Positions 9,348 through 19,818 of a stretch of 64,000 nucleotides of DNA are shown here, piece after piece (the first letter of the stretch is position 1; each line of letters opens with the position of its first letter). The stretch covers positions 39,155 through 103,154 of the forward strand of contig JBFWVL010000007.1 of the NCBI GenBank assembly GCA_050246755.1. The letters run 5' to 3'. The stretch comes from Bacteriovoracia bacterium (GTDB lineage Bacteria; Bdellovibrionota; UBA1018; CAIPTA01). Below the pieces are notes generated by a model. That model was not told the DNA's origin and did not search any database. It saw nothing but the letters and a program-made list of their open reading frames with translations. Position numbers and translations under genes: made by a program.

Positions 9348-11786
9348 CTAGGCTACGCGGTCGGAAGCAGAGAGGCGTTCACGCGAGCGGCCACCGCCGC
9401 CCGAGCTCTTCTTCTCTTTTTTCACCGCCGCCGTAGGCGATTTCGCCAGGGCGAACTGTAAAGCTTCGTCTACGTGCTTCACCGGGAGGAACTCGATCTT
9501 CTCGCGGTACTCTTCCGGGATCTCTTCCACGTCTTTGAGGTTCTTGTACGGGATGATGATCTTGGTAATGCCGTGGCGCATTGCTGCAAGGGCCTTCTCC
9601 TTGAGACCGCCGATCGGCAGAGCCTTTCCAGTGAGAGAGATCTCGCCCGTCATTGCCACGTCTTTCCGAACTTGGATGCCGGTAAGGCGGGAAACAATTG
9701 CGGTTGCCATCGCTAGGCCGGCCGAGGGGCCGTCCTTCGGGATCGCTCCGGCGGGGATGTGAATATGCACATCGTGCTCGCCGTACGTTTTCTCGTCGAT
9801 GCCGTAGCGATCCGCGTTGCCGCGGATATAGCTCATGGCGGTCGAAGCGCTTTCTTTCATCACGTCGCCCATCTGGCCGGTGAGCATTACGCCACCCTTG
9901 CCGCGATTCATCGAAGTTTCGATATAGAGAATTTCTCCTCCGGCTTGGGTCCAGGCGAGGCCGGTGGAAATTCCCACTTCGTCGCGGTCTTGGCGTTCTT
10001 CGCGGGAGTACACGGGAGCACCCAAGAACTTGCAAACCATGTCGGGAGTAACTTTTACGCGTTCCTTCTCGCCTTCGGCAACCTTGCGGGCCACTTTACG
10101 GCAGAGGGTACCTACTAAGCGCTCAAGATTACGGAGACCGGCTTCGCGGGTATAGTTCTCGATCGTGAATTTCAGGGCGTCGTCGCCGAGATCGATGAAC
10201 TTATCGGTGATGCCGTTCTCTTTGATCTGCTTGGGCACTAGATACTGCTTCGCGATCTTAAGCTTCTCGTCTTCGGTATAGCCGGAGAGCTGAATGATCT
10301 CCATGCGGTCGCGGAGGGCGGCCGGAATGGTCTCGAGCACGTTGGCGGTGGCCAAGAACATCACGTTCGAGAGATCGAACGGGATATTGAGGTAGTGGTC
10401 GCGGAAAGTATTATTCTGTTCCGGATCCAAAACTTCGAGCAGGGCGGAGGCGGGATCGCCGCGGAAATCGTTACCAAGCTTATCGATCTCATCGAGCATA
10501 ATGATCGGGTTTTTGCTCTTCACTTGCTTAAGGCCCTGGATAATTTTTCCCGGCATCGCACCCACGTAGGTGCGGCGGTGGCCGCGGATTTCGGCTTCAT
10601 CTTTCACGCCGCCGAGGGAAATCCGGAGAAATTCGCGCCCTAGGGCTCTAGCCACCGAGCGGCCGAGCGAGGTTTTTCCTACGCCGGGAGGTCCCGAGAA
10701 GCAAAGGATAGGGCCTTTCATGGACTTATTCAGCTTTTTTACGGCCAGATATTCGAGGCAGCGCTCTTTGATCTTCTGGAGATCGAAGTGATCTTCATCG
10801 AGAACTTTTTTCGCGTGCTTGATGTCCAAATTGTCTTCGGTTTGCTTCGCCCAGGGGAGATCCACCACGAGCTCCAGGTAGGAGCGGAGGATAGAGGCTT
10901 CCGAGGAGTCGGGATGCATACGCTCGAGGCGGCCAAGCTGCTTGAGCACTTCGGATTCCGCTTCTTCGCCCATCTTCGCTTCGAGAACTTTTTGGCGCAG
11001 GTCGGCGATTTCTTCGCCTTTATTGTCGCCGTCGCCGAGCTCATTCTTAATGGCGCGGATTTGCTCACGGAGGAAGTATTCTTTTTGACTCTTGGTCATC
11101 TCATCTTTAGCTTGCGAGCGGATCTTCGCCTGCATGGTGAGCACTTCGAGTTCGCGGATCAAGATTTCGTTTACGGTCTTGATGCGCACGAGGGAATCGT
11201 TCATCTCGAGGAGAGACTGGGCTTCCGCCATTTTGAGACCGAGGTTAGAGGCCACGAGATCGGCGAGGCGCCCTGGATCGGCCACGTCGTCGAGAACCAT
11301 CAGAATGTCGGGGGAAAGCACTTTACCCAGGGAGATTACCTTTTCCAGATTCTCCCGAACATTTCTCATGAGGGCTTCGGCTTCCACGGTGTCTTTTTCG
11401 TCGAGCTGGCGCTCTTCTACTTTTTCGATGCTTACGCGGTAGAAGGGTTCGCTCTGGGTGAATTCTAAAGTTTTGGCTTTGGTGAGGCCCTGGGCCAGGA
11501 TCTTGATGCGGCCGTCGGGCAGCTTGCGCATGCGCATGATCATGGCGATCGTCCCTACGGGATAAATTCCGTCCGGCTGGGGGAATTCGTCGGCGGTATT
11601 CTTCTGCGAAGAGAGAAAGATAAGGCGATCGTTACGGGCGAGAGCTTCCTCCACCGCTTTGATCGAGCTATCTCGACCCACAAACAAAGGAAGGATCATG
11701 AAGGGGAAGATGACAATATCGCGAACCGGAAGCATCGGAAGATTTTCCGGGATCTGGATTTGTTCGCCTTCGTAATTCGTTACCAT
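9348..11786 (-). CDS. lon: ATP-dependent protease La
   Basis: Lon N-domain, GPPGVGKTS, IRGHRRTYVGAMPG, PKDGPSAG catalytic motif. Confidence 0.98.
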   Translation of the reverse strand: MVTNYEGEQIQIPENLPMLPVRDIVIFPFMILPLFVGRDSSIKAVEEALARNDRLIFLSSQKNTADEFPQPDGIYPVGTIAMIMRMRKLPDGRIKILAQGLTKAKTLEFTQSEPFYRVSIEKVEERQLDEKDTVEAEALMRNVRENLEKVISLGKVLSPDILMVLDDVADPGRLADLVASNLGLKMAEAQSLLEMNDSLVRIKTVNEILIRELEVLTMQAKIRSQAKDEMTKSQKEYFLREQIRAIKNELGDGDNKGEEIADLRQKVLEAKMGEEAESEVLKQLGRLERMHPDSSEASILRSYLELVVDLPWAKQTEDNLDIKHAKKVLDEDHFDLQKIKERCLEYLAVKKLNKSMKGPILCFSGPPGVGKTSLGRSVARALGREFLRISLGGVKDEAEIRGHRRTYVGAMPGKIIQGLKQVKSKNPIIMLDEIDKLGNDFRGDPASALLEVLDPEQNNTFRDHYLNIPFDLSNVMFLATANVLETIPAALRDRMEIIQLSGYTEDEKLKIAKQYLVPKQIKENGITDKFIDLGDDALKFTIENYTREAGLRNLERLVGTLCRKVARKVAEGEKERVKVTPDMVCKFLGAPVYSREERQDRDEVGISTGLAWTQAGGEILYIETSMNRGKGGVMLTGQMGDVMKESASTAMSYIRGNADRYGIDEKTYGEHDVHIHIPAGAIPKDGPSAGLAMATAIVSRLTGIQVRKDVAMTGEISLTGKALPIGGLKEKALAAMRHGITKIIIPYKNLKDVEEIPEEYREKIEFLPVKHVDEALQFALAKSPTAAVKKEKKSSGGGGRSRERLSASDRVA

Positions 11787-11840
11787 ATTCTCTCCAACAG
11801 GTTTCAGAAACTAAATTTATGCCGCTACAACTGGTTGCTA

Positions 11841-12209
11841 CTAAGCTACGTAGAACTTCTTCTGCTTCTCTTCTTGTTCTTCCTGATGCGTTATGCAGAG
11901 ACGAGCGGTAGGATAGATCTCCAACCGTTTGGCCCCGATTTCATCTTCACAGTCTTCACAGAGCCCGTAAGTGCCTTCTTCCATTCTCTGGAGAGCAGCG
12001 TCGATCGCGGCGAGGGTACGTTGCTCTTTCTCGCGGAGGGTGAATACCACGCCCTGAGAAAGCTCTACGCTCGTTAGATCGGTTTCGTCCGCCAGGTCAT
12101 CGGTGGCGATCGTAAACTCTGCTTTGCGGGAAATCGCGGCGCTAGCTAGCAACCGTTCTTTTTCCGCTAACATTTTTTTCTTCAGCTTCGCCAAATCTTT
12201 GCTATTCAT
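11841..12209 (-). CDS. dksA: DksA/TraR family zinc-finger transcription factor
   Basis: DETD coiled-coil tip, GTYGLCEDC...RL...PTARLCITH. Confidence 0.9.
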   Translation of the reverse strand: MNSKDLAKLKKKMLAEKERLLASAAISRKAEFTIATDDLADETDLTSVELSQGVVFTLREKEQRTLAAIDAALQRMEEGTYGLCEDCEDEIGAKRLEIYPTARLCITHQEEQEEKQKKFYVA

Positions 12210-12322
12210 TTTCTGCTCCTACAAGCTCGTGTGCTTGAGAACTCTTCGGAGCTGAATGCAAGAGGCTTGAGAACTAATTACTTGAGCGGGATCGCGAGCT
12301 TAACCATCGCTCTTACCTGCCA

Positions 12323-12955
12323 CTAGTTAGACGAACACACCTGTTCCCGACACCCCGTTCGCCACATGTAGGCGTGTGTGTTCACTTCGTTCTGCGAGCG
12401 GTTTATTTCGCCGGAAATGAAATCGTTCAAGCGGGAGAGTGAGCTGATTTCACTTTCTATTTCGCTTTGCTGGAGAGTAAACTTCTGGCTAGAAATCGTT
12501 AGCGCAGATTCTTGAGTTTTTAGTTTTTGTCGCCGCTCCACCAGGTAGCGCTCGTCCCATTCCGTACTAAGTTGGTCGAGTAGAAAAATATTTTCCAGCG
12601 AGGGAGAACCCACAAAAAGTTCGGGAGAATTTTCTTTTTTTTGCCCGAGATCGTCGAGAAAACGCATTTCGGCGCGCGCGGATGCCAGCTGCGCCTCAAC
12701 TCCGGCAAGCGCGGTGGAAACGGTCACGTTCTGCTGCCGGCGCGCCGCGAGATCTTTTGCGGCCTCCGCTCCCTGATGCTTATATTCGTTCGTTTTCCCC
12801 TGGCAAATTGCTTCGGCAGCGCGAGCGTTTTGCAGGCAGGCGCTTAGAGCAGCGCTATTGCAGGGGCGGCTGCCGGGGCCAGGCTCTCCGCCGTTTTCGG
12901 CTCGCCCGGAGAATGCGCTTACGCTCACCATAATCTGTAATAAAATAATAATCAT
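12323..12955 (-). CDS. Hypothetical secreted coiled-coil protein with N- and C-terminal cysteines
   Basis: Hydrophobic N-terminus, long heptad-rich helices, 3 Cys near the N-terminus and 2 near the C-terminus. Confidence 0.65.
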   Translation of the reverse strand: MIIILLQIMVSVSAFSGRAENGGEPGPGSRPCNSAALSACLQNARAAEAICQGKTNEYKHQGAEAAKDLAARRQQNVTVSTALAGVEAQLASARAEMRFLDDLGQKKENSPELFVGSPSLENIFLLDQLSTEWDERYLVERRQKLKTQESALTISSQKFTLQQSEIESEISSLSRLNDFISGEINRSQNEVNTHAYMWRTGCREQVCSSN

Positions 12956-12992
12956 TTATTTTTCCTAGTTGGTTTTTAAGTTTGGCGGTCTT

Positions 12993-13814
12993 CTAGTTTG
13001 CGTAACGGGTGAGCAGCCGGGCACGTGCGGGCAGCGCAACGCGCATAAGCTGCCAGGCCCTTTCGCCGCTGGGAAGCCAGGGATCAAATTCGGCCGGTAG
13101 TTCTGCGCCGGAAGTCGGATCCGCGAAGGCGGAGAGAAAACGCCAGCAGCGAAGGCGGAGATCATCGGTCACGAGTGGATTGCAGTGATCCATCAGCAGC
13201 GCGGCGGCGGCACTGGGATCCATGGTTCGGAGCGCAAGGTAGGTGAAGCGGTAGTCGGCGGGTGACCGAGCGCCACCGCCCTGCAGGAGCTGGCCGATCT
13301 CTTCTGCGTCCAGCAGGCCTATGCTAGGGTGAGAGCGCTCCCATATAAGTACGGCCTTGGCACGCAACCACACGGGATCGTGCTTCAGCAGCTTTAATAT
13401 TTCCTTCAGCGCTCCTGTATTCAGCCGATCCAGCGCATTTTCGCTGCGAATCGCCGCGATTGCGAAGCTGCGGTTATAAGTTGCCTGGTGTACCGCGGTG
13501 TCTTCCAGCACCGCCGAGCGTTCTTTTCCCATGCTCCAGGCGAGCAGGCACGCCGGCCCAAGGTCCGGCCGCGCCGTTTCTATTTTTAGGCAGCGCTCGG
13601 CGTCCGCGGAGCTAAGGGGAAGGCCGGCTCTCATGGTGGCGGCCAGCGCGGCTAGTACGGATTCGGAATCGAAGCGTTCGGTGCTTTCGAGGATTAGCTT
13701 TATTTGACGGCTGATTCCTATGCCTTTTGCCGCTGGCATGGCCGTTTGAGAATTTTCTTTGCTACAGCCCAAGAGAGCGGTGAGAAGAACTAGGCTAAAG
13801 ATGGTTTTATTCAT
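12993..13814 (-). CDS. Hypothetical all-helical lipoprotein
   Basis: Lipobox LLGC after a signal peptide; ATGA overlap with the upstream gene. Confidence 0.75.
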   Translation of the reverse strand: MNKTIFSLVLLTALLGCSKENSQTAMPAAKGIGISRQIKLILESTERFDSESVLAALAATMRAGLPLSSADAERCLKIETARPDLGPACLLAWSMGKERSAVLEDTAVHQATYNRSFAIAAIRSENALDRLNTGALKEILKLLKHDPVWLRAKAVLIWERSHPSIGLLDAEEIGQLLQGGGARSPADYRFTYLALRTMDPSAAAALLMDHCNPLVTDDLRLRCWRFLSAFADPTSGAELPAEFDPWLPSGERAWQLMRVALPARARLLTRYAN

Positions 13815-14782
13815 ACGGCCTCCGCACGTGAGTTGGAGCGTAGGTGAGCCTGGTATTTGATCTTGGGAATATCAATTTCGTAGCGGCGGATTTTTTCAAT
13901 CAGCGTAACCTTGGAAAGGCCCGTGCGTTTTGCCGTAAGATTTATCCTCCCCTCGAAACGTAGTAAAATTTCTGACAGGTAAGTCTTCTCGAAAAGCGAT
14001 TTCGCTTCACGGTAATCAGCCGGGAGATTTTCGCAGGGAATAGATCCGGCGGTGGATTTGGTTTTTTCTCTTACCTGGGGAGGCAAGTTTTCCGGCAAGA
14101 GCACTTCTCCAGCGCACATCGCCACCGCGTAGTCCACGCAGTTCTTGAGCTCGCGCACATTTCCCGGCCAGGAATGAGATTCGAGGGCCGCGATAAATTC
14201 AGGCGCGACAAGCGGCACCTCGCGGTTCGACTTTTCGGCCGAATTCGCCACGAATCCCACTGTGAGGGCACGGATGCGCTCCGGCTCGGAGGCCAGGCAG
14301 GCGAGGCGCACTTCAAAAGTATTGAGGCGGAAGTAGAGATCTTCGCGGAATTGCCCGGATTGGACGAGGGTGGGCAGGTCGCGGTTAGTGGCCGCCACGA
14401 TGCGGATATCGAGCCGAATTTCCCGGTTCGATCCTACCGGAGAAATTGTCTGGCTATTGAGGGCCTCCAGCAATTTAGTTTGCAGGCGGGGAGGGAGCTC
14501 CCCGATCTCGTCGAGAAATATGGTTCCGCCGTTTCCGCTCTCTAGTTTACCCACCCGCTTACAATCGGCTCCCGAGAACGCTCCCTTTTCATGACCGAAA
14601 AGCTCGCTTTCGATCAGGTTTTCACTGAGCGTAGCGAGATTCACCGCCACGAAGCGGGCCGTGCTCCGGTTGCTCCACTCGTGAATTTTTTTTGCTAAGT
14701 GTGATTTTCCGGTGCCGGTGCGGCCCGTAATCAATACCGTGTGCGCCGTGGCGGCGATTTTTTTTAATTGAGCGGGATTCAC
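13811..14782 (-). CDS. sigma54 enhancer-binding protein without a sensory domain (PspF-like architecture)
   Basis: Begins almost directly at the AAA+ domain (GRTGTGKS), ESELFGHEKGAFSGA, FLDEIGE, WPGNVREL, C-terminal Fis-type HTH. Confidence 0.92.
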   Translation of the reverse strand: MNPAQLKKIAATAHTVLITGRTGTGKSHLAKKIHEWSNRSTARFVAVNLATLSENLIESELFGHEKGAFSGADCKRVGKLESGNGGTIFLDEIGELPPRLQTKLLEALNSQTISPVGSNREIRLDIRIVAATNRDLPTLVQSGQFREDLYFRLNTFEVRLACLASEPERIRALTVGFVANSAEKSNREVPLVAPEFIAALESHSWPGNVRELKNCVDYAVAMCAGEVLLPENLPPQVREKTKSTAGSIPCENLPADYREAKSLFEKTYLSEILLRFEGRINLTAKRTGLSKVTLIEKIRRYEIDIPKIKYQAHLRSNSRAEAV

Positions 14783-14922
14783 GCTTGGCCGCCTTCCCAG
14801 TCGCCGAGCCAGCTATCCACGCCTTGCCACAAATATTCTCCGGCGGGAGCTACTTCGTTGATCTCGACGTATTCGTTCAGTGCCTCGGCGGTAAAGTCAT
14901 CTTCAAATAGTTTGCTTATCAT
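14779..14922 (-). CDS. Unannotated 47-aa acidic peptide MISKLFEDDFTAEALNEYVEINEVAPAGEYLWQGVDSWLGDWEGGQA
   Basis: Translated by hand; RBS AGGAGA, upstream sigma54 promoter, stop TGA overlaps the GTG of the activator (GTGA). Confidence 0.75.
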   Translation of the reverse strand: MISKLFEDDFTAEALNEYVEINEVAPAGEYLWQGVDSWLGDWEGGQA

Positions 14923-14952
14923 TGGGTATTCTCCTGAATTGCGAACCGCTAG

Positions 14953-14968
14953 AGCAAATGCCGTACCA
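14953..14968 (-). promoter_or_regulatory. sigma54 (-24/-12) promoter
   Basis: Minus strand TGGTACGGCATTTGCT = GG-N10-GC, 30 bp upstream of the peptide ATG. Confidence 0.8.
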
Positions 14969-15088
14969 GGTAAAAATTTGCACTAGATCATCCGGAAAGG
15001 GGTGATTACGCGTTTCTGCCGTATGGGCGTTGTGGGGAGCACCCAACAATTGTAGGAATTTACCTTAGGCCCGGAGTAAAATCTCACC

Positions 15089-16449
15089 ATGCGGATCTCT
15101 CTTTTACTCGCGGAAGACGAAGCGGCTACGCGCTCCCTAATGACCGAGCTCCTGCGGGATTGGCCCGGAGGGGAGTTGAGCCTAGTGGCGGCGGCGAGCC
15201 CTGAGGAAGCCCTGGCGGCCGCTGAGGAGCGCGCCTTTACGATCGCCCTCGTAGATCTTCATTACGAAACCAGCAAAAGTGACGGTTTCGCGCTGCTAGA
15301 GGCACTCAGGAAAAAAGATTCTAGGATGGAGCTGATAGTACTCAGCAGCGCAAATACTTTCGCGGCGGTTCAGCAGGCGCTCCGCGCAGGCGCCAACGAT
15401 TATTTAGCCAAAGGGTTCGGGCGAGGAGAGCTCTACCATGTGCTGGATCGCGCCCTGGAGCGCCGCCGCTGGCGGCAAATGGAAGGCCGGCTGAAACAGG
15501 AGAATGGACCGGTGCTAGCGATGGCCGGCACCTCTTCCGCCATGAAATCAATGGCCGTAAATCTCCGTAAATTCGGCCCGAGCGCGGCCCCCGTGCTTAT
15601 TTTCGGAGAAACGGGCACCGGTAAAGAGCTCGCCGCCCGCGGGCTTCACGCATATGGCGCCGACCCCGCTGCTTCTTTCGTGGCGGTGAATTGCGCGGCT
15701 ATCCCGGCCTCCACCGTAGACTCTTTTTTCTTCGGGCACGAGCGAGGAGCCTTTACCGGCGCTGATCGCGCCCGCGCCGGAGTCTTCGAAGAGGCGGAAG
15801 GTGGAACGCTTTTTCTCGACGAGGTAAATAGCCTTCCACCCGAAATGCAAGGGCGGCTTCTGCGCGTGCTCGAACAAAAAGAGATCCGCCGCCTCGGCGG
15901 AAGCCGGGTAGTACCCGTGCATTTTCGCCTGCTGGCGGCCACGAACGGAGACCTCGATGAGCTCGTGAAAAGCGGAAGCTTCCGGGAGGATTTGCTGTAT
16001 CGCCTGAACACGCTTCAGCTCAAATTGCCTCCTCTGAGGGAAAGGCTCGAGGATCTTCCCGATCTGGCTAAACTCTTTCAGCCGGACAGAAAAATTTCGC
16101 GGGAGCTTTGGGATCTCTGGAATTCCTATGCCTGGCCGGGAAATGTTCGTGAGTTCCGCAATTTGCTCCTCGCCATGGACGCAATGGCCGAGCCTGGCGA
16201 GATGCTGAGCGCCGAGCATATTCCTGAGCACTTACTACGCAAATTTTCGGATCCCCCTAACGACCAAAGCGAGATTCCGGATGATCTTTCCAGCTTCGCG
16301 GGCGCGCAGGCGGAGAGGGAGACGGATTCCTACGGCGGGCCTACCGGAGCGCAGGTGGAAATATAAGCCGTATGGCGAGGGTACTAGGAGCGGACCGCTC
16401 GCACCTGCACCAAAAGCTCGTGAAGCTCCATATTCATCGTGCGAAGTAG
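15089..16449 (+). pseudogene. NtrC-family sigma54 response regulator, frameshifted just before the HTH (real mutation or sequencing error)
   Basis: REC and AAA+ (GETGTGKE, GAFTGA) in the ORF ending 16366; the Fis HTH GFLRRAYRSAGGNISRMARVLGADRSHLHQKL continues in the -1 frame from about 16324 to TAG 16449. Confidence 0.85.
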
Positions 16450-16465
16450 GCTTTTTTAGCCAAGC

Positions 16466-17467
16466 TTAAGGCTTCAAGAACGAAGCGCTCCACATGGCGA
16501 ATTCTTTGGCAAAGGCGCCGGGGTTCGCGCCCAGAAGTCCCAGTTTTACGGCTTCCTGCACGCCTTTGCCATCGATACCTTGCCAGGTAACGAAGTTTGG
16601 TAGGCGATTGAAGGTGCGGTTCGCGGCTAGTCGTTTAAAGAAAATGGCATCCTGGAGCGCGAAGGGAGTTTTTACTTCCTTCAGATCGATCCCCACCGCG
16701 GCGAGGCCGGGGGTTTCGATGAGGTCGAGAATATTATCGGGATTCTGGGCTACCAGCACCTTCACGTAACGGGAATTGAGCTGGGTCTGCATTTTTTCCA
16801 CCAGGGCCTTGTCCCAGCTATGCAGCAATACCACCTTGGGGGTAATTCCCTCGAGGGCGATCTCTAGGTTCAGCATCGTTTCGTAGAGGGAGCGGGGGAG
16901 CAGGAGGGTGAGTTTCTGGGTGCCGTAGCTGGGGACGGTAACGGGGCAAAGCAGAACCACGTATTCTTCCCGGTTAATGAAGCTCGAGATATGGATCGAT
17001 TCGTCGGGATAAACTTTTTTATTAAAATCCATCCGCAGGTGAATGTCCTTCGCCGTGAGGGTACGGAAGGCACGGTCGAGTATTCCGCAAAGCTGGTTGC
17101 CTACTTCGCCGAAGCTGTCTTGATCGGTAGCGTCGAACAACTCGTCCTTAAGCTTCTGTTCGAACGCGGACGGAGCCATCATGCGCATCAGCGCGCCCAG
17201 CACGATCGCGGTACGCAGCTCGAAGAACCAGTAGAGCTCGCCCACAAAATCCTTTTCGGCGTGAATCTTCACGAGCACGGATTTTTTTTTGTAAGCGGAT
17301 ATATAAGTTTCTACGGGCATCAAAAAAGGCTCGAAATTTCCGATTTGGATCTTGTTTTCACCTTCGGCGGCCAGCATGAAATTCAGGGCGTGCTCGAGCC
17401 CGTTCCTCACCTTGTCGTTGAAGGTGCGGATTTTTTCGTTGGTGATGATGCGAACCGGTTTTTCCAT
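16466..17467 (-). CDS. CheC/CheX-like phosphatase domain with a degenerate receiver-like C-terminus
   Basis: DSFGEVGN (E-x2-N) motif; lies downstream of cheY. Confidence 0.6.
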   Translation of the reverse strand: MEKPVRIITNEKIRTFNDKVRNGLEHALNFMLAAEGENKIQIGNFEPFLMPVETYISAYKKKSVLVKIHAEKDFVGELYWFFELRTAIVLGALMRMMAPSAFEQKLKDELFDATDQDSFGEVGNQLCGILDRAFRTLTAKDIHLRMDFNKKVYPDESIHISSFINREEYVVLLCPVTVPSYGTQKLTLLLPRSLYETMLNLEIALEGITPKVVLLHSWDKALVEKMQTQLNSRYVKVLVAQNPDNILDLIETPGLAAVGIDLKEVKTPFALQDAIFFKRLAANRTFNRLPNFVTWQGIDGKGVQEAVKLGLLGANPGAFAKEFAMWSASFLKP

Positions 17468-17471
17468 CTGG

Positions 17472-17837
17472 TTATTTCTTAATGAGGGGGCCTAAAACTT
17501 TTTTCAGTTCTTCGGGAGGAAATGGTTTGGTGATGATTCCATTCGCGCCGGCCGCGAGCATCTGTTGCTTCAGATCCGGACTGGATTCCGTGGTTACCAT
17601 CACCACCGGCAGGTTAGGCATTTTTAGCTTCACTACTTTTACCATCTCGATTCCCGTAATGTCTGGCATATTCACGTCGGACAAAACGAGATCGATTCCG
17701 CCGGCGGCGAGCTTTTGCAGGGCTTCTTTGGCTCCGCTGGCCTCAATCACGGTAGCGGCTTCGAATCCGGCTTGCCGGAGCGATTTAATCACGATCATGC
17801 GCATGGTAGCAGAATCGTCTACAACCAGAATGTTCAT
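17472..17837 (-). CDS. cheY: Chemotaxis response regulator CheY
   Basis: MNILVVDDSATMR, LSDVNMP, MVTTE, KPF; RBS GAGG before ATG 17837. Confidence 0.88.
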   Translation of the reverse strand: MNILVVDDSATMRMIVIKSLRQAGFEAATVIEASGAKEALQKLAAGGIDLVLSDVNMPDITGIEMVKVVKLKMPNLPVVMVTTESSPDLKQQMLAAGANGIITKPFPPEELKKVLGPLIKK

Positions 17838-17890
17838 AAAATTCAACCTCGTGGCCAGATTTAACCTAATCAGAGAACACTGCATCAGGC

Positions 17891-17918
17891 GTATCGGGAC
17901 GCTCAATTCTTAACTTTA
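17891..17918 (-). promoter_or_regulatory. sigma28 (FliA)-like promoter for cheY
   Basis: Minus strand TAAA-N16-CCCGATAC. Confidence 0.6.
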
Positions 17919-17931
17919 GCATTAGAATCTT

Positions 17932-17959
17932 TAAACTTTGTTCCTATTCGTGCCGAAAT
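17932..17959 (+). promoter_or_regulatory. sigma28 (FliA)-like promoter for mcp-cheW-cheA
   Basis: TAAA-N16-GCCGAAAT. Confidence 0.65.
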
Positions 17960-17976
17960 ATCGTGTGGAGGAACAA

Positions 17977-19818
17977 GTGCAACCAAACGGCGAACTACCC
18001 CATTTGAAGATCTACTTCTGGGAAAAAATCGCGTTTCGTATTTCGATCGGTTTTCTTTTGCCGATCGCGGTGAGTGCTTATGCCCTCTATTCTGTATCCA
18101 CGGTTTTTACCGAGCTTTCCGAGCATCGCGAGCGGGTACAAAGGGTTTGGAATTCCATCCATCTCACCGAAAGCAAAGCGGTGCTCGCCATCACCAAGCT
18201 GCGCATGAGGGCCCAGAGCTTTTTGATCGAACCAAATCCCAATTTCATGCTCCAGGGCCAGAATGAGGCTCGCAGTTTCCGTTTGGACATGGATCAGGCA
18301 AAGAAGCAGACCCAGCGGCTAGCGGCGGAAAGCGCCATTTCCATGGACCTGCAAATTGAAAAGTTCTACGGACAGCTCTTTGATCTGCAAAAAGAGTTTA
18401 CCATCGAGATGGAACGGCTTGGTTCTATCCCTAGGGGTAGCGCAGACGCTTTCGCTTCGCGCCGCCGCATTGACGCCGCCGCTGAAAATATCGAGATGGT
18501 GCTAGGTAAGCTTCGGGCCGCCAATGAATTGCTCGAGCTGAAGATTTTAGAAAAACTTCAGGAGCAGGAAGAGCAATCGGGCCGAACGCTCGCTTTTTTT
18601 CTCCTTGCGGTAGCGGTGTTCGGGGTTGGTGCCGCTGCCGTAGTTACCGTGAGCATTACCGGCCCGGTGAAACGGGTCTTGTTCCGTATCGTGGATATCG
18701 CTACCGGCGACGGAGATCTCACCAAGCGGATCACCACGCGTGGCGGGGGCGAGATGGGCGAGCTCGCCGCCTGGGTAAATAATTTTCTGGAAAAAACGCA
18801 TACCATCATCGCCACTATCTCGAATGGCAGCCAGACGGTGCGGCATACCACCGATCAAGTGAGCATTCATATCCGTAAGACTACCTTGGCGGCGGCGGGC
18901 ATTACCCGCACTACCATGGAGCAGTCGATGAACATCGATGAGTGCACGAACTCTCTGGGCAGCATCGATGATTTGATCCAGACCGCCGGCGAAAGCACGC
19001 GCCAAGCCGCCAGTTTATCAAAAGTGGCGATGGATCGTGCGCTGCAGGGGGGGGCTTCGGTGCATGAGACGATCGAAGCGATGGAGAAGATCGAAGAATC
19101 CTCCCGTAAGATCGATGAGCTCGTGAGCTCTATCAACGAAATCGCTTCGCAGACCAACCTTTTGGCCATCAACGCCGCGATCGAGGCTACTAAGGCCGGT
19201 GAGCATGGTAAGGGTTTCGCGGTGGTAGCCGAAGAAGTGCGTAAGCTCGCCGAGCGCGCCCGCAAGCTTACGGGCGAAGTGACTTCTTTGATGTCGGAAT
19301 CGGGTTCCCGCGTGAAGGCCGGGGTTACCCTGGCGAAGAACGCCGGTGTTTCCTTGGACGGAATTATTAAAGACGTAGAAGCCGTTTCCTCCCTCATCCA
19401 GCGCATCGCGGCCTCCTCGGTGAAGCAAACCGAAAGCTCCGCTTTGGTACTCGAGTTCATGCAAAAAGTTTCCGATTCCGTGCGCTCCAACCTTCGGGAG
19501 ATGAAGGAAGTTTCTAGAGCTACGGAGCTCACTTCGATGGAAGTGCAGAAGCTGGATAGTCTCGTGGGGCAGCTCAATCAGATCGTGGGCCAATTCCGCC
19601 TGGACCCTGATGCCGTGAACGCCGTGGACCATTTCCGTGAAAGCAAAGCGGCCGAGCACGAAGATTCTTCTCTGCCTCGCGGTTTGCTGCCGATGCCGGA
19701 GGCGGCCCTCAGCGCACACCATGCCGAAGAAAGCGGACAGCCTGAGTCGCCTAAATTCCCGCCATTGCCGCCGAAGATTTCCGGAACCGAGGGCGGAGGG
19801 GAAGAGGACGCCGCATGA
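17977..19818 (+). CDS. Methyl-accepting chemotaxis protein
   Basis: Two TM helices, HAMP (GDGDLTKRI), [16 protein letters not shown]...[15 protein letters not shown]; GTG start after GGAGG. Confidence 0.95.
   Translation: MQPNGELPHLKIYFWEKIAFRISIGFLLPIAVSAYALYSVSTVFTELSEHRERVQRVWNSIHLTESKAVLAITKLRMRAQSFLIEPNPNFMLQGQNEARSFRLDMDQAKKQTQRLAAESAISMDLQIEKFYGQLFDLQKEFTIEMERLGSIPRGSADAFASRRRIDAAAENIEMVLGKLRAANELLELKILEKLQEQEEQSGRTLAFFLLAVAVFGVGAAAVVTVSITGPVKRVLFRIVDIATGDGDLTKRITTRGGGEMGELAAWVNNFLEKTHTIIATISNGSQTVRHTTDQVSIHIRKTTLAAAGITRTTMEQSMNIDECTNSLGSIDDLIQTAGESTRQAASLSKVAMDRALQGGASVHETIEAMEKIEESSRKIDELVSSINEIASQTNLLAINAAIEATKAGEHGKGFAVVAEEVRKLAERARKLTGEVTSLMSESGSRVKAGVTLAKNAGVSLDGIIKDVEAVSSLIQRIAASSVKQTESSALVLEFMQKVSDSVRSNLREMKEVSRATELTSMEVQKLDSLVGQLNQIVGQFRLDPDAVNAVDHFRESKAAEHEDSSLPRGLLPMPEAALSAHHAEESGQPESPKFPPLPPKISGTEGGGEEDAA

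Noticed and set aside
14779-14922. Trp-containing peptide as a RiPP precursor
   Set aside because: No radical SAM, YcaO, peptidase or transporter gene nearby
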